Shown here: positions 25,806 through 39,092 of the stretch, one piece after another
Numbering within the stretch: the stretch's first letter is position 1
Layout: every line of letters begins with the position of its first letter
Assembly (NCBI GenBank): GCA_038087875.1
Contig: CM075992.1
Coordinates: 2,978,001-3,042,000, forward strand
Direction: 5' to 3'
Source: Malacoraja senta
Lineage: Eukaryota
DNA: 64,000 nt
Position numbers and translations under genes: made by a program
The notes under the pieces: model-generated
Database searches by the model: none
What the model saw: only the letters and a program-made list of their open reading frames with translations
What the model was told of the DNA's origin: nothing

Positions 25806-27062
25806 TGCCTTACAACTCCAGAGACCCCGGTTCAATCCTGACTACGGGTGCTGTCAGTACGGAGTTTGTACGTTCTCCCCGTGAATGCATGGGTTTTCCC
25901 CGGGTGCTTCGCTTTCCTCCCACACACCAAAGACGGACAGGTTCATAGGTTCCACACCAGGGCATCGGAGATGTCCTCATTCTTCAGGGAACGGGGGTTC
26001 CCCTCCTCTACTATAGATGAGGCTATCACCAGGGTCTCTTCCATACCCCGTAACACTGCTCTCTCTCCCCATCCCCCCACTCATAACAAGGGCAGAGTCC
26101 CCCTAGTCCTCACCTTTCACCCCACTAGCCGTCACATACAACAAATAGTCCTCCGTCATTTTCGCCACCTCCAACGTGACCCCACCACTCTCCCCCCTGT
26201 CTACTTTCCGCAAAGACCACTCCCTCCGTAACTCCCTGGTCAATTCTTCCATTCCCTCCCGCACCACCCCCTCCCCGGGCACTTTCCTTGCAACACAAAA
26301 GATGCTACACTTGTCGCTTTACCTCCCCTCTCGACTCCATTCAAGGACCCAAGCAGTCGTTCCAGGTGCGACAGAGGTTCACCTGCATCTCCTCCAACCT
26401 CATCTATTGCATTTACAGCTCTAGATGTCAGCTGATCTACATCAGTGAGACCAAGCGTAGGCTGTGCGATCGTTCGCCGAACACCTCCGCTCGGTCCGCA
26501 TTAACAACCTGATCTCCTGGTGGCTCAGCACTTCAACTCCCCCTCCCATTCCGAATCCGACCTTTCTGTCCTGGGCCTCCTCCATGGCCAGAGTGAGGAC
26601 CACCGTAAAATTGGAGGAGCAGCATCTCATATTCTGCTTGGCAGTCTGCACCCTAGCAGCATAAACATTGACCTCCAATTTCTGGTAGCCCTTGCTGTCT
26701 CCTCCCCTTCTCAGCTCTCCCTCAGCCCTCGGGCTCCTCCTCTTCCTTTCTCCTTTCTTCTCCCCGCCCCCCCTCCCCCACCTACATCAGTCTGAAGAAG
26801 GGGTTCGGCCCGAAACTTTGCCTATTTCCTTCGCTCCATAGATGCTGCTGCACCTGCTGAGTTTCTCCAGCACTTTTGTCTACCTTCGATTTTCCAGCAT
26901 CTGCAGTTCCTTCTTAAACAGGTTCATAGGCTAATTGGCTTTGGTAAATATTGTAAGTTGTCCCTAGTGTGTAGTATAGTGCTAGCGTACGGGGATCGGT
27001 GTGGACTCGGTGGGCTGAAGGACCTGTTTCCACGCTGTATCTCTGAACTAAACTGACCTAAA
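25806..27062 (+). mobile_element. V-SINE split by a Penelope insertion
   Basis: SINE head and V-domain 25806-25949; remainder 26918-27062. Confidence 0.8.
25950..26917 (+). mobile_element. Penelope-like retroelement 3' fragment (RT C-terminus, GIY-YIG endonuclease, terminal repeat)
   Basis: FFRERGFP..RVPLVLTFHP, KRCYTC, FTCISSNLIYCI..RCQLIYISETKRRL.DRFAEHLRSV across frameshifts; 13-bp flanking duplication acaggttcatagg. Confidence 0.9.
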
Positions 27063-27619
27063 CCTTGTTAAGAAAAAAATGATCTTCTGTTATCCATAGC
27101 AACAAATATACACTGAAGGAGGGTGATTGAGAAACAGAGCGAGTTTCAACTTTAAACGTCAACTCCTGCTTCTCAGCCAGCAGACGTGGCTTGACTGGCT
27201 GAGTATTTTCAGCATTTTCTGTTTTTATTTTAGATTTTCACCATCTGCACTCACTTTGATTTTCTTGAAGACATTGAGCAGGGAAGGGATTTTACTCACA
27301 ACTTAACCAGTCAACATCATAAGGTTGCAGATTTGTTAAATTTAGAGACTCAACCATTCAGTCGAGGCCAAGGATTATATAAAACATTTAGGGATTGGTA
27401 ATTCGTGAGAGGATTTATTTTTCAAAAGGGCGATTAAAATCAACAGCGTTTGGCTGATCAGTGGAAGCATTGAATGAAAGAGCTGGGAAGTTCTGCTGGA
27501 ATTGGACTCTTTCTTCTTAGTTTAGTTTAGAGATACGGTGTGGAAACAGGCCCTTCGGCCCACCCAGTCAGTGCCAACCAATGATCACCCATAGACTAGC
27601 TCTATCCTACACACTAGGG

Positions 27620-28058
27620 ACAGTAGTAAACACTGCCCAGTCCATCATCGGCTCTGACCTCCCTTCCATCGAGGGGATCTATCGCAGTCGCTGCCTCAAA
27701 AAGGCAGGCAGTATCGTCAAGGACCCACACCATCCTGGCCACACACTCATCTCCCTGCTACCTTCAGGTAGAAGGTACAGGAGCCTGAAGACTGCAACGG
27801 CCAGGTTCAGGAATAGCTACTTCCCCACAGCCATCAGGCTATTAAACTTGGCTCAGACAAAACTATGAACATTAATAGCCCATTATCTGTTATTTGCACT
27901 TTATCAGTTTATTTATTCGTGTGTGTATATATTTATATAATGGTATATGGACACACTGATCTGTTTTGTAGTCAATGCCTACTATATTCTGTTGTGCTGA
28001 AGCAAAGCAAGAATTTCATTGTCCTATCAGGGACACATGACAATAAACTCTCCTGAAC
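27620..28058 (+). mobile_element. Rex1/Babar-type LINE 3' end nested in a minus-strand V-SINE
   Basis: TAQSIIGSDLPSIEGIYRSRCLKKA..IVKDPHHPGHTLISLLPSGRRYRSL..RFRNSYFPTAIRLLN; tail aatttcattgtcc..gggacacatgacaataaac. Confidence 0.85.
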
Positions 28059-28499
28059 CTTGATTTACAGAAGCCAATTAACCTACAAACCTTGTCGTTT
28101 TTGTAGTGTGGGAGGAAACTGGAGTATTCAGAGATAACCTGTACAGACAACACCTGTAGTCAGATTCAAACCGGGGTCTCTGGCGCTGTATGGAGCAACT
28201 CTACCGCGGCGCCACTGGGTCATTCTGAGGCAGTCCCTTAGAGTTGAGAGTGATTTACGTCCGTTCTGGATTTGTTGATTCTGAAGTGGCCGATGACGGC
28301 AGTGCAGGAACCATAAACCCCTTCCACCAATGCGGCAGGACGTGTCCTGATGGGGTAGGCAGGTGGATAATTTATGAGGGGGGGGGGGGTCCATGGTTGT
28401 CAGATCATCTTCATTTACCACTGGATGGACAGAATTTACATTGTGAAACAGAGAGCTCTGGAAATGTTTTTCTCTGTGGCGGATATCAGGAAGGAGTCT

Positions 28500-29050
28500 T
28501 TCTTGTGTACAGTTTTGGTCTCCTAATTTGAGGAAGGACATCCTTATGATTGAGGCAATACAGCGTAGGTTCACGAGATTGATCCCTGGGATGGCGGGAC
28601 TGTCATATGAGGAAAGATTGAAAATACTAGGCTTGTATTCACTGGAGTTTAGAAGGATGAGGGGGAATCATAGAAACGTATAAAATCATAAAAGGACAAG
28701 CTAGATGCAGGAAAAAATTTCCCAATGTTGGGCGAGTCCAGAACCAGGGTCCACAGTCTTAGAATAAAGGGGAGGCCATTTAAGACTGAGGTGAGAAAAA
28801 AAGTTTTCACCCAGAGAGTTGTGAATTTATGGAATTCCCTGCCACAGAGGGCAGTGGAGGCCAAGTCACTGGATGGATTTAAAGAGAGTTAGATAGAGCT
28901 CTTGGGGCTAGTGGAGTCAAGGGATATGGGGAGAAGGCAGGCACGGGTTATTGATAGGGGACGATCAGCCATGATCACAATGAATGGCGATGCTGGCTCG
29001 AAGGGCCGAATGGCCTCCTCCTGCACCTATTTTCTATGTTTCTATGTTTC
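28500..29050 (+). mobile_element. CR1 LINE 3' fragment
   Basis: cagttttggtctcctaatttgaggaagg...; (TTTCTATG)n tail. Confidence 0.9.
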
Positions 29051-29054
29051 TTGT

Positions 29055-29520
29055 TACAATGTAGGACGTCTCCATTCATCAGGATGCTCACAATTATGGC
29101 ATAATTTAAGGTTCCCGGCAATATCATCACCTTCCCAGATGTAGGATTGGTGACTGAAGGTGTTCCTTTCTGACGTTTTGGATTTTAGCAGGGTTCCCCA
29201 CTGCTCCCAAGTCTTGGGATGCGGCCTTTTCAACTTCTTGATGGTCAGGAGAAGTGGCAAGACGACTGTGGTTAGCTGTGGTACGGGATCAAGGCATACG
29301 CACGTCAAGGACACTCACGGTTGAGAAGGTCTTTGAAACCATCCTTCCAGTGGCCTTTGAGTACCTCTTTATCTCTGATGAGTTCACCCCTGTTCCTGGC
29401 TCTCAGTTGCGCCAAAGATGGCTTTTAGCATACTAAGGAACCCACATGCTTCATGGCTATCGATCAGCTGCTGTGTCTCCTGCACTCTCTTCATCCACCA
29501 TCTGCTCTTTAGAATTTTTG
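29055..29520 (-). mobile_element. Decayed RTE-clade LINE ORF fragment
   Basis: Minus-strand translation LKSRWWMKRVQETQQLIDSHEACGFLSMLKAIFG then, frameshifted, LRARNRGELIRDKEVLKGHWKDGFKDLLNRE; resembles the RTE endonuclease-RT linker. Confidence 0.65.
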
Positions 29521-31895
29521 GCTGGGATTTTATACGATGCTTATTAAGCCACAGCATTGTACAACTTCAACACATTACAAGAGAGGTGTGATTGAACTGG
29601 AGAAGGTCCAGAGGGGACTTGCGAGGATGTTGCCAGGTTTGGAACATTTTAGCTACATGGAAATATCGGATAGTTTGGGACAGTTAGAACTGAAAAGACT
29701 GAAGGATGATTCAACTGAGTCCTATAACATTTTGGAAGTACCTTGATGGTTTCGAAGGTCAGATCTTGGGGAGTTTCCACCGCCACTGGTACCTGCGATG
29801 CTGCAAGTTTGGGTGGTGAATCTGTGGAATTCTTTGCCAGAAGGCTGTGGAGGCCAAGTCAATTGATATTTTTAAGGCAGAGATAGATAAATTCCTGATT
29901 AGTATGGGTGTCAGGGGTTATGGGGAGAAGGCAGGAGAATGGAGTTAGGAGGTAGAGATAGATCAGTCATGATTGAATGGCGGAGTAGCCTTGATGGGCC
30001 GAATGGACTAATTCTGCTATCACATGAACTCACCTGGAGTTAACACCCAAAGAGTTGTGAATCTGTGTTTTCACCCAGAGAGTTGTGAATCTGTGGAATT
30101 CTCTGCCACAGAAGGCAGTGGAGGCCAATTCACTGGAAGTTTTCATGAGAGATTTAGCTCTTAGGGCTAAAGAAATCAAGGGATGTGGGGAAAAAGCAGG
30201 AACCCCTGTTAGATGATCAGCCATGATTATATTGAATGGTGGTGCTGGCTCGAAGGGCCGAATGGCCTACGCCTACACCTATTTTTCAGTGTTTCCATGT
30301 TTCTAACTTACTTGGTATTGTTCAAAATAGTACTGAGATATCTTATTCCCATAAGAAAAGGAGATAAAGATTTTACAGCTCATCCAAGGTACAGGATCTC
30401 TGAGCATCTCCAAGCACAAGAATGGTGGAACATTTTTGTGCATGATGTATGTCTCGAGTGTTAGTCCATCTTTCTGACTCAGAGACAAGATTGCTATTTT
30501 ATTTCGTGGCCATATTTGGCAAATGAGATAGGATAGGGCAACAATCCACTGCGACAGTTCCTCTTTTCCACATTTAGTTACACTTGACACCTCAGTCTGC
30601 AGCTTTACTTCATGCTCCACCAGTAATATGCGTAATAAAAATAATTGTTGGTCCTGTCATTCATGTGACTGTAGCTTCTGAATTTCCTCTTCATCTTTTG
30701 GAATAAACACGAGCAAGCCAAACATTTTGTCTATCTTTAATGACACGATAAAATAAAATTGGAATCTTGTGCAGAATTACTTAGAATAAATAAAGCTGTT
30801 ATTTTTAGCTTTGGGAACAAAATCTAAACATTTGCAGTACAATGCTCAAGTGTATTGATATTCCATAGCGGTTCTATGTGCCGTCAAGAGCCTCAAATAC
30901 ACTGTTCAAGGCACAGTGCGGAATTCCATTCACAACTCCTGAGATAAAGCAGTGCTCTTCTACATACATCATCATCATCGTTGAAACCATCAACTGGCAT
31001 GGTGCCTACATGGTGCCAATGGTCATGGTGCCTATGTACGACAGTGATCGCATCATCTACTGAAGTGTGGATGGCCGTTGGCTCGCTAGGAGCTTATCCG
31101 CCCTTCGAAAGGTCTTGTTTTTGGTCCTGCTGGGGGTCCACAGCCCCCACTTCACCTTGCAAACCAGGTAGGGGAGATGGTTCAGTCGTTGCCTATCTGC
31201 CCATGGAGCAGGTAGCACGGGATTACATGGTACCCGTGGCTGGGGGAACTCCCCCCGACCTGACCTGGACAACATTCTGGTTTGGCCCGCCGAACAGCAA
31301 GTAACATTTGCGGGCAGCTCAATTGTGCAGCTGGTAGAGCTGCTGTCTTATAGCGCCGGAGACCCTGCTTTGATCCTGGCCTTGGGTGCTGACTGCGTGG
31401 AGTTTGCATGGTCTCTCTGTGACCACGTAGGTTTCCTCCGGTTTCCTCTCACATCTCAATGATTTGTAGGTCAATTGGCTTTGTAAATTGCCCCTAATAT
31501 GTGGGTGAGTGGATGAGAGACTGGGATAATTTAGAATGAGTGAAGATCGGGGGTCAGCACGGACTCAGTGGCCAAAGGGCCAGATTCCATGCTGTATCTT
31601 TCAAGTGCTATATTATCATGTGTCCTGAAACAACAATAAATGAATGAATGAATGAATGAATGAATGACGGTTGCGTTGTTAGTTGAGGTTTTTCAAAACT
31701 CACTGACTTCCTGAAAGATAACGGAAGAATGAAAAACTGAAACTGTAACTCCATTTTTTAAGAAGTGGGGAAAGATTTTAAAAATGGTAACCACAGGCCA
31801 GTAGTTTAAACTTAACCTTTTGCAAGACGCTGTAGTCCATCATAAAGGAGGAACCAGCTAGTCTTTTAGAGAAATTTATTGTAATCAAATCAAAT

Positions 31896-32182
31896 GGTGG
31901 CGCAGCGGTAGAGTTGCGGCCTTATAGCGCTTACAGCACCAGAGACCCGGGTTCGATCCTGACTACGGGTGCTGTCTGTACAGAGTTTGTACATTCTCCC
32001 AGTAACCGCGTGGGTTTACTCTGAGATCTTCGGTTTCCTCCCACACTTCAAAGGCATACAGGCTTGTAGGTTAATTGGCTCGGTGTAAATGTAAATTGTC
32101 CCTAGTGCGTGTAGGATAGTGTTTGGTCGGTGCGGATTCGGTGGGCCGAAAGGCGTGCTTCCACGCTGTATCTCTAAACTAA
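31896..32182 (+). mobile_element. tRNA-derived V-SINE (HE1-type)
   Basis: ggtggcgcagcggtagag..gggttcgatcc head, V-domain and tail. Confidence 0.85.
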
Positions 32183-32704
32183 GGCAGCATGGTGTTCATA
32201 GTCATAGTCATACAGCGTGGAAACAGGCCCTTCAGCCCAACTTGCCCACACCTTCAGCCCAACATGTCCCATCTATACTAGTCCCACCTGCCTGCAATTG
32301 GTCCATATCCCACTAAACCTGTCCCATCCATGTACCTAAATGTTTCATGAAAGGTTATGTTTATTATTGTCATGTGTACCAAGATACAGTGAAAAACCTT
32401 ATGATACGTGCTATCCAGGCAAATCATACCATACATGAGCAGTCTGGGACTGGCAAGCAAATAGTCACCGCACTCTGGCCCCATCTTGATCTCTTGTGAA
32501 GTGTAGCTGTGAGGTGATGTGATGTTCAGGGAATTTGAGGCAAAAGGGGAAACGAGGCCTCGGACAGATTAGTCACGAACGTATTGTCAGGCTTGAGGGG
32601 CCGAATGGCCTGTTCCTATTTTCTGATACTCTAATCTTTCCATGGCTAAAGATTTAGAGCGATGGTGGCTGTCAGCTCCGGGTGATACTAAGTCATAGGG
32701 TCAG

Positions 32705-33275
32705 GTAGCATGGAAACAGGCCCTTCAGCCCAACGTGCTCAGGCTGACCAACATGCCCCATCTATAGACCCACATTACTACGTTTGTTCCATAGCCCTCT
32801 AAACCTATCCTATCCATGTACCTGTCTAAATGTTTCTTACACGTTGTGATAGTACCCAGTCCAACTATCTCTTCCAGCAGCTCTTTCCAGATACCCACCG
32901 CCCTTTGTGTCAAGAAGTTACCCCTCAAGTTCTTATAGACAATAGACAATAGACAATAGGTGCAGGAGTAGGCCATTTGGCCCTTCGAGCCAGCACCGCC
33001 ATTCAATATGATCATGGCTGATCATCCCCAATCAGTACCCCGTTCCTGCCTTCTCCCCATATCCCCTGACTCTGCTATTTTTAAGAGCCCTATCTAGCGC
33101 TCTCTTGAAAGCATCCAGAGAACCTGCCTCCACCGCCCTCTGAGGCAGAGAATTCCACACTCACCACTCTCTGTGAGAAAAAGTGTTTCTTCGATTATTA
33201 AATCTACTTATTAAATCTTTCCCTCCTCACCTTAAACCTATGTCATTTGGTTCTCGATTCCCCTACTCTGGGCAA
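32705..33275 (-). mobile_element. Nested CR1 LINE 3' fragments (two subfamilies)
   Basis: Element with an (atagaca)n tail inserted within another CR1 3' end. Confidence 0.8.
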
Positions 33276-33904
33276 AGATCCTTCTTATAATGCCCTTCTT
33301 ATAATTTTGCTTTTCCTATTAATTCCTAAAGTTATACTTGTTGCAATACAGAAAATTTATTAATCCAGATAGTAGTTTTTCTATTATTTGCTTTCCTTCT
33401 TGTAAGCAGTAGAGGTCCCCAGTGCCCATATGAGGGCCAGGCACTTGGATAACATTGGTTTCGGCCCAAAACGTTGCCTATTTCCTTCGCTCCATTGATG
33501 CTGCTGCACCCGCTGAGTTTCTCCAGCATTTTTGTGTACTTGGATAACATTGTCTGACAATTCAAAGAGAGCAGTGGTCTTGGAAGTCCATGTACTTTCG
33601 TTTGAGTCACACTATATTCTTCTTTGAAGGTAGATAAAAATTCTGGAGAAAGTCAGCAGGTGAGGCAGCATCTAAGGAACGAAGGAATAGGTGACATTCC
33701 GAAACGTCACCTATTCCTGCGCTCCATAGATGCTGCCTCACCCGCTGAGTTACTCCACCAATTTATCTACCTTCGATTTTTTCAGCATCTGCAGTTCCTT
33801 CTTAAACTATGTTCTTCTTTAATTGCTTTGCCTCACTAAATAATCCATCACACTCCTTGCTCTAAGGCCTCTGCTCCAAAATACTTCGTACTTACCAATT
33901 TATG

Positions 33905-35125
33905 TAAAGTTCAAGTTCAAGTGAGTTTATTGTCATGTGTCCCTGATAGGACAATGAAATTCTTGCTTTGCTTCAGCACAACAGAATATAGTAGGCATTG
34001 ACTACAAAACAGATCAGTGTGTCCATATACCATTCTATAAATATATACACACATGAATCAATATACTGATAAAGTGCAAATAACAGTTAATTGGCTAATA
34101 AAGTTCAGTGTTTTGTCTGAGCCAGGTTTAATAGCCAGGTAAAACCTTTGCATCTAGTACTCACTGAGTTTAGTTTAGTTTATTACTGTCATGTGTAGCG
34201 AGGTACAGTGAAAATCTTTTTGTTGGATGGAGCTGTTCCCAAATCTTGCTGTTATGAATCCCGATAAAATGCTTTCTACAGCGCATCTGTGGAAGTTGGT
34301 GAGAGTTGTTGGGGTCATGCTGAACTTACTAAGCCTCCTAAGGAAGTAGAAGTGTTGGTGTGCTTTCTTGGGCATTGCTTTGGTTTGGCTGGTCTAGGAT
34401 AAGTTTCTGGTGATATTTACTCCTAAGAACTTGAAGCTTCCGATCATCTCTACTTTGGCAATGTCAGTGTATTTGTACCGCTTCATTTCCTGAGGTCTTT
34501 TGTCTTGCTGATTGAGACAAAGGTTGTTGTCTTGGCACCAGGTTACAAGGATCTCAATCTCCTTCCTGAAGAAGGACCTCGACCCAAAACGTCACCCATC
34601 CCGTCTCTCCTGAGATGCTGCCTGTCAAGATTCAAGATTCAAGAGAGTTTATTGTCATGTGTCCCAGATAGGACAATGAAATTCTTGCTTTGCTTCAGCA
34701 CAACAGAATATAGAAGGCATGAATACAGAACAGATCAGTGTGTCCATATACCATTATATAAATATATACACACATGAATAAATAAACAGATAAGGTGCAA
34801 ATAAACAGATAATGGGCTATTAATGTTCAGAGTTTTGTTTGAGTTGCGTTCAATAGCCCGATGGCTGTGGGGAAGTAGCTATTCCTGAACCTGGACGTTG
34901 CAGTCTTCAGGCTCCTGTACCTTCTACCTGAAGGTAGCGGGGAGATGAGTGTGTGGCCAGGATGGTGTGGGTCCTTGATGATGCTGCCAGCCTTTTTGAG
35001 GCAGCGACTGCGATAGATCCCCTCGATGGAAGGGAGGTCAGAGCCGATGATGGACTGGGCAGTGTTTACTACTTTTTGTAGTCTTTTCCATTCCTGGGTG
35101 CTCAAGTTGCCGAACCAAGCCACGA
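33905..35125 (-). mobile_element. Cluster of Rex1/Babar-type LINE 3' fragments
   Basis: ORF 34827-35123 (AWFGNLS..KRLQKVVNTAQSIIG..DPHHPGH..PSGRRYRS) and ORF 34175-34375 (KKAHQHFYFLRRL..LTNFHRCAVESIL). Confidence 0.85.
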
Positions 35126-36896
35126 TGTCCTGCTGAGTTACTCCAGCTTTTGGTGTCTTATCTCCTTCCTGTACTCCATCTCGTAATTATTTGATATCCG
35201 TTCCACATCCGGTGGTGTTGTCTACGAATTTGTAAATTGAGCTGGATTTGTATCTTGGCAATCTCAGAATCAGAGAGAGATACTGCAGGAAACAGGCCCT
35301 TTGGCCCACTGACTCCACACTGACATCAACAACCCATTTATATTAATCCTGATTACTATCCCCACGTTCTCAACTCTCCCTGGATTCAATCACTCGCCTT
35401 CACACTGAAGGCATCTTGCGGTGGTTAATTTCACCAACCAATCTGTGGGATGTGGGAGAAAACAGTGTGGTTGCAGGAGAACATGCAAACTCTACACAGA
35501 CAGCAGCCCAGGTCAGGATTGAACCAGCGCCTCTGACGCGGTGAGATAGTGGCTCTACTACCTGCTCTACTGTGTCGCCCCACCAATGTCAATGTCAAAT
35601 GAATATAAAGAAAAGATAATGGAAGTTGATGGGTTAATTTGCTAGTTTCTTATGAATTAAAAAATGCCCACAAATCTACAAATATCTTCCAACACTAATT
35701 CATCTCCATCTTATATTGGAATACAAATTGAAACACAACATCAGCTTGTCTTGAGGTGACGTCTGAGTCTGAAAAGTTATTGGTTCAGATCTCACTCAGA
35801 CCTGAGGCTTGTTTTGAGCAGGTTCTGCACACTTCAGCGAACATTCCCCGGTGAAGGCTTGACTTGCCGTGCACGTCTAAGCTCACAGGGCAATGTTTCT
35901 GGTTATTTATGCCGTTGCACAAAGTCATCATCTCCACCCCTTGAAGCTGTGACGAGTTGCTATGCAGCTGCAATTAGCTCCAATTCAAGTTTTGCGTAAA
36001 ACAGGCTGTCCTCTCTTCTTGTGCCGTTCGGAATTAGAATCTCTTGCTCAATGTGCTTTCCTGTTGCATTCATTCACACGGCTTGTGTGGGTGGGCCGCG
36101 GGCCACACAACTATTTATTACCCAACCCTAATTGCCCCCCTGAACTGAATGTCTTGCTGGGCCACTTCGCTGGGCAGTTAAGAATCAACCGAGCACTGGA
36201 CCAGCTGTATAAATACCAAGCTTCAAGAGCTGCTCAAAGGCTTGGGCTCCTGTGGCGAGTGACTCATCTGACACCCCAAAGCCTTTCCACCAGCTCTAAG
36301 GCACAAGACTGTAGCTTGACCACTTACCCTCCACTTACCTTGATCAAGGCTGCTGTTACTGGAAGATTGATACACCCATTGACCGTGGACTGGATACATT
36401 AACCATTTGGATGTCAATGCAGTTGACACTGTAGGCAACTTTGCAGATAACACCAAAATAGGTGCTTGGTAGTAATCATTGAGGAAGGTTACAATAAGAT
36501 CGAGATCTTTAGTTTCATTGAGTTCAGTTTATTGTCACGTGTACCGAGGTACAGTGAAAAGCTTTTGTTGCGTGCTAACCAGTCAGCGAAAGACAATATG
36601 TGATTGCAATCGAGCCATTCACAGTGTACAGATACGTGATAAGGGAATAACATTTATTAAAGCCAGTAAAGTCCAATGAAAGATAGTCCGAGGGTCTCCA
36701 ATTAGGTAGATAGAAGTACAGGACTGCTCTCTAGTTGTGATAGGATGGTTCAGTTGCCTGATAACAGCTGGGAAGAAACTGTCCATTGGATCTGAAGATC
36801 AGTTAGGAAGGTGGGCCAAGGAGTGGCAAATGGAATGTAACTTTTTCAAGTTGGGGGTGTTAGCATTAGGTGCATTGGTATGTCAAACCAGGGTAA

Positions 36897-37197
36897 TAGC
36901 CCTGTCCCACGGTACGAGTTCATTCCAAGAGCTCTCCCGAGTTTAAAAAAAATCAAACTCGTGGTAAGCACGGAGAATGAACGTAGCGGGTATGTCAGAG
37001 CTCGGGGACGTCTCTTAGCGGTTCGTAACGCTAACGGCAGGTATTCGGGAAGACTCGCTAACGGCAGGTAAGCACGGGAAGACTCGTGAAGATTTTTCAA
37101 CATGTTGAAAAATGTCCACGAGAGCCCCGAGTACCGACGAGTGGCCATTACCGTAAATCTCCGAGTTCGAATGAGGGTAAACTCGGGACAGCTCTTG

Positions 37198-37231
<34 letters not shown>

Positions 37232-38215
37232 TCATTTTATTTACTGGCGCCTTTCTAAAACCCAAGGACACCTTACAATGCATAGAATCACAAAAAAAAA
37301 ATACAAAACACATAATCGGAATAAATTAAATATAAAAACACCACAGTACACAAATCAAGGACAGAATTCAATTTCAAGAGCACCAAAAGAAAATAAGAAA
37401 CACAATTTGAGGAGAGAGCAGCGGCGACCAATTCGCGCCAGCGTCCACTCTCCCCTCCGACCGCCATCTTGTACACGGACTAACAGGCACAGCACACAAA
37501 ATCATCCCCCCACAATGACCACCACTGTGGGGGAAGGCACAATGTCCAGTCCCCAACCCAGTTCTCCCCAGAGTCAGGCCCATCGAGGCCACCACAGTTG
37601 CCTCTACAGAGGCCCGATGTTCCTGGCCGTCGGGAGAGTCCTCGCAGCGGCTGGAACGGCTGGTTTCCCAGCGGAGTCGATGGCACCTGAAGCCGACAGG
37701 GCCGCGCCGATTTGGAGCCACGAGGCTCCCGATGTTGGAGTCGGCGCCGCCGCCCGCGGCTGGTCGCTCCGCAGTCCCGCAGCCCGGAGGTGTTGATGTC
37801 GGCGGTCAACGCATACGCATACTGGAGCTCCAGCGCGTCGATCCAGCGCGGCGACCCAGGCAAGGCATCGCCCGCTACGCTCTCCGATAGCGCTCCAGCG
37901 CTGTGCCGCCACCAAAGCTGAAGGTGCTGGGCGGTCCCCGTCAGGAAACGCTGCCCCATGCCCGCTGGTAGGCCACGAGGACGGGTCGACGAGGCAGCCC
38001 GGAGAAAAAGCTGCCTCACCGACCAGGTAGGGACCTAAAAATAGTTTCCCCCTTACCCCCCCACGTTAAAAGTCAAAATCCCCCAAACAAACAAAGAAAT
38101 AAAAAACACTAAAACTAAAAAAAGAGTGAATTTGACGGACGGCTGCTGTTTAGCAGCCGTTCCTCCAAGATGGAGGCTCCTCCACGGAATGAACTCGTAC
38201 CGTGGGACAGGGGTT
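36897..38215. mobile_element. PIF/Harbinger-like MITE interrupted in its right TIR
   Basis: Left TIR ccctgtcccacggtacgagttcattccaagagc..cccgagttt; right TIR split into 37179-37201 and 38186-38213; TAA at 36894-36896 and 38216-38218. Confidence 0.75.
37202..38185 (-). mobile_element. ~1 kb GC-rich non-autonomous retroelement with L2-type tail and (TTA)n end
   Basis: Minus 3' end tgtaaggtgtccttgggttttagaaaggcgccagtaaataaaatgaa(tta)n; GGAAT duplicated at both junctions; no recognisable RT ORF. Confidence 0.7.
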
Positions 38216-39092
38216 TAAGGCTTACATAGTAAATGGTAGAGACTTGGAGAGTGTTGCAGAAGGGTGAGATCTGGGAGTGTAGGTGCATGGTTCCCTAAAA
38301 ATGGCAAATCAGGAATGAGCTGCCAAAGGACACTATAGAAGCAGAAAACAAGACATTGGGACAGGTATATGGATAGAAAGAGTTGAATGGGCTATGGACT
38401 AAATGCAGACAAATGGGAATAGCCCAATATGCCACTGGGTCGACATTGATAAGATGGGCTGAAGTGCCTTTATCGTGCTGCACAGCACCACCTGGAGCAA
38501 AGCAACTCACTTAATTGCCATCCAAAAATGTTTTCTGCTTCCTCCGATTTCCCCCCACAGCCCAAAGACGTGACGGTAGACTAAATGGCCACTGTAAGTT
38601 ATCTCAAGTAGAGGTTGGTGGGGGGAATCTAGGAAGGTTTGGGGTGGGGGGAGGGGGGAGGGGGAGGGGGGGGAGTGAATTGATGGGCATGTGAGAGAGG
38701 ACGAGTGCGAGGAAATAAGAAGGGGGAATGGTACTGATGGGATTGCTTTGACAACCAGCATAGACTCGATGGGCTGAATGACCTTCTTTGACAATGGATG
38801 GAGGTGGATAAGAGAGAAGGAAAACGGAGGAGAGGAAACTGAAGAAAACAAAGGGGATGTAAAGAAGGTCGATTGGAGGGGATGAAATTGGAAGAGAATT
38901 ACTTGCTTGTGCTGAATTATATTTCAAAGTGGGGAGGTCAGATGACCCCCTACTCCTTCCCTGATCTCAGGATCACCAGGGTGGCACGGTGGCGCAGCGG
39001 TAGAGATAGATGCTGCCTTACAGCGCTAGAGACCCGAGTTCGATCCTGACCACGGGTGCTGTCTATATGGAGTTTGTACATTCTCCCCGTAA

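Noticed and set aside
37086..38019. Overlapping 100-236 aa ORFs on both strands
   Set aside because: GC-rich transposon interior with few stops; no recognisable domain; ORFs cross insertion junctions
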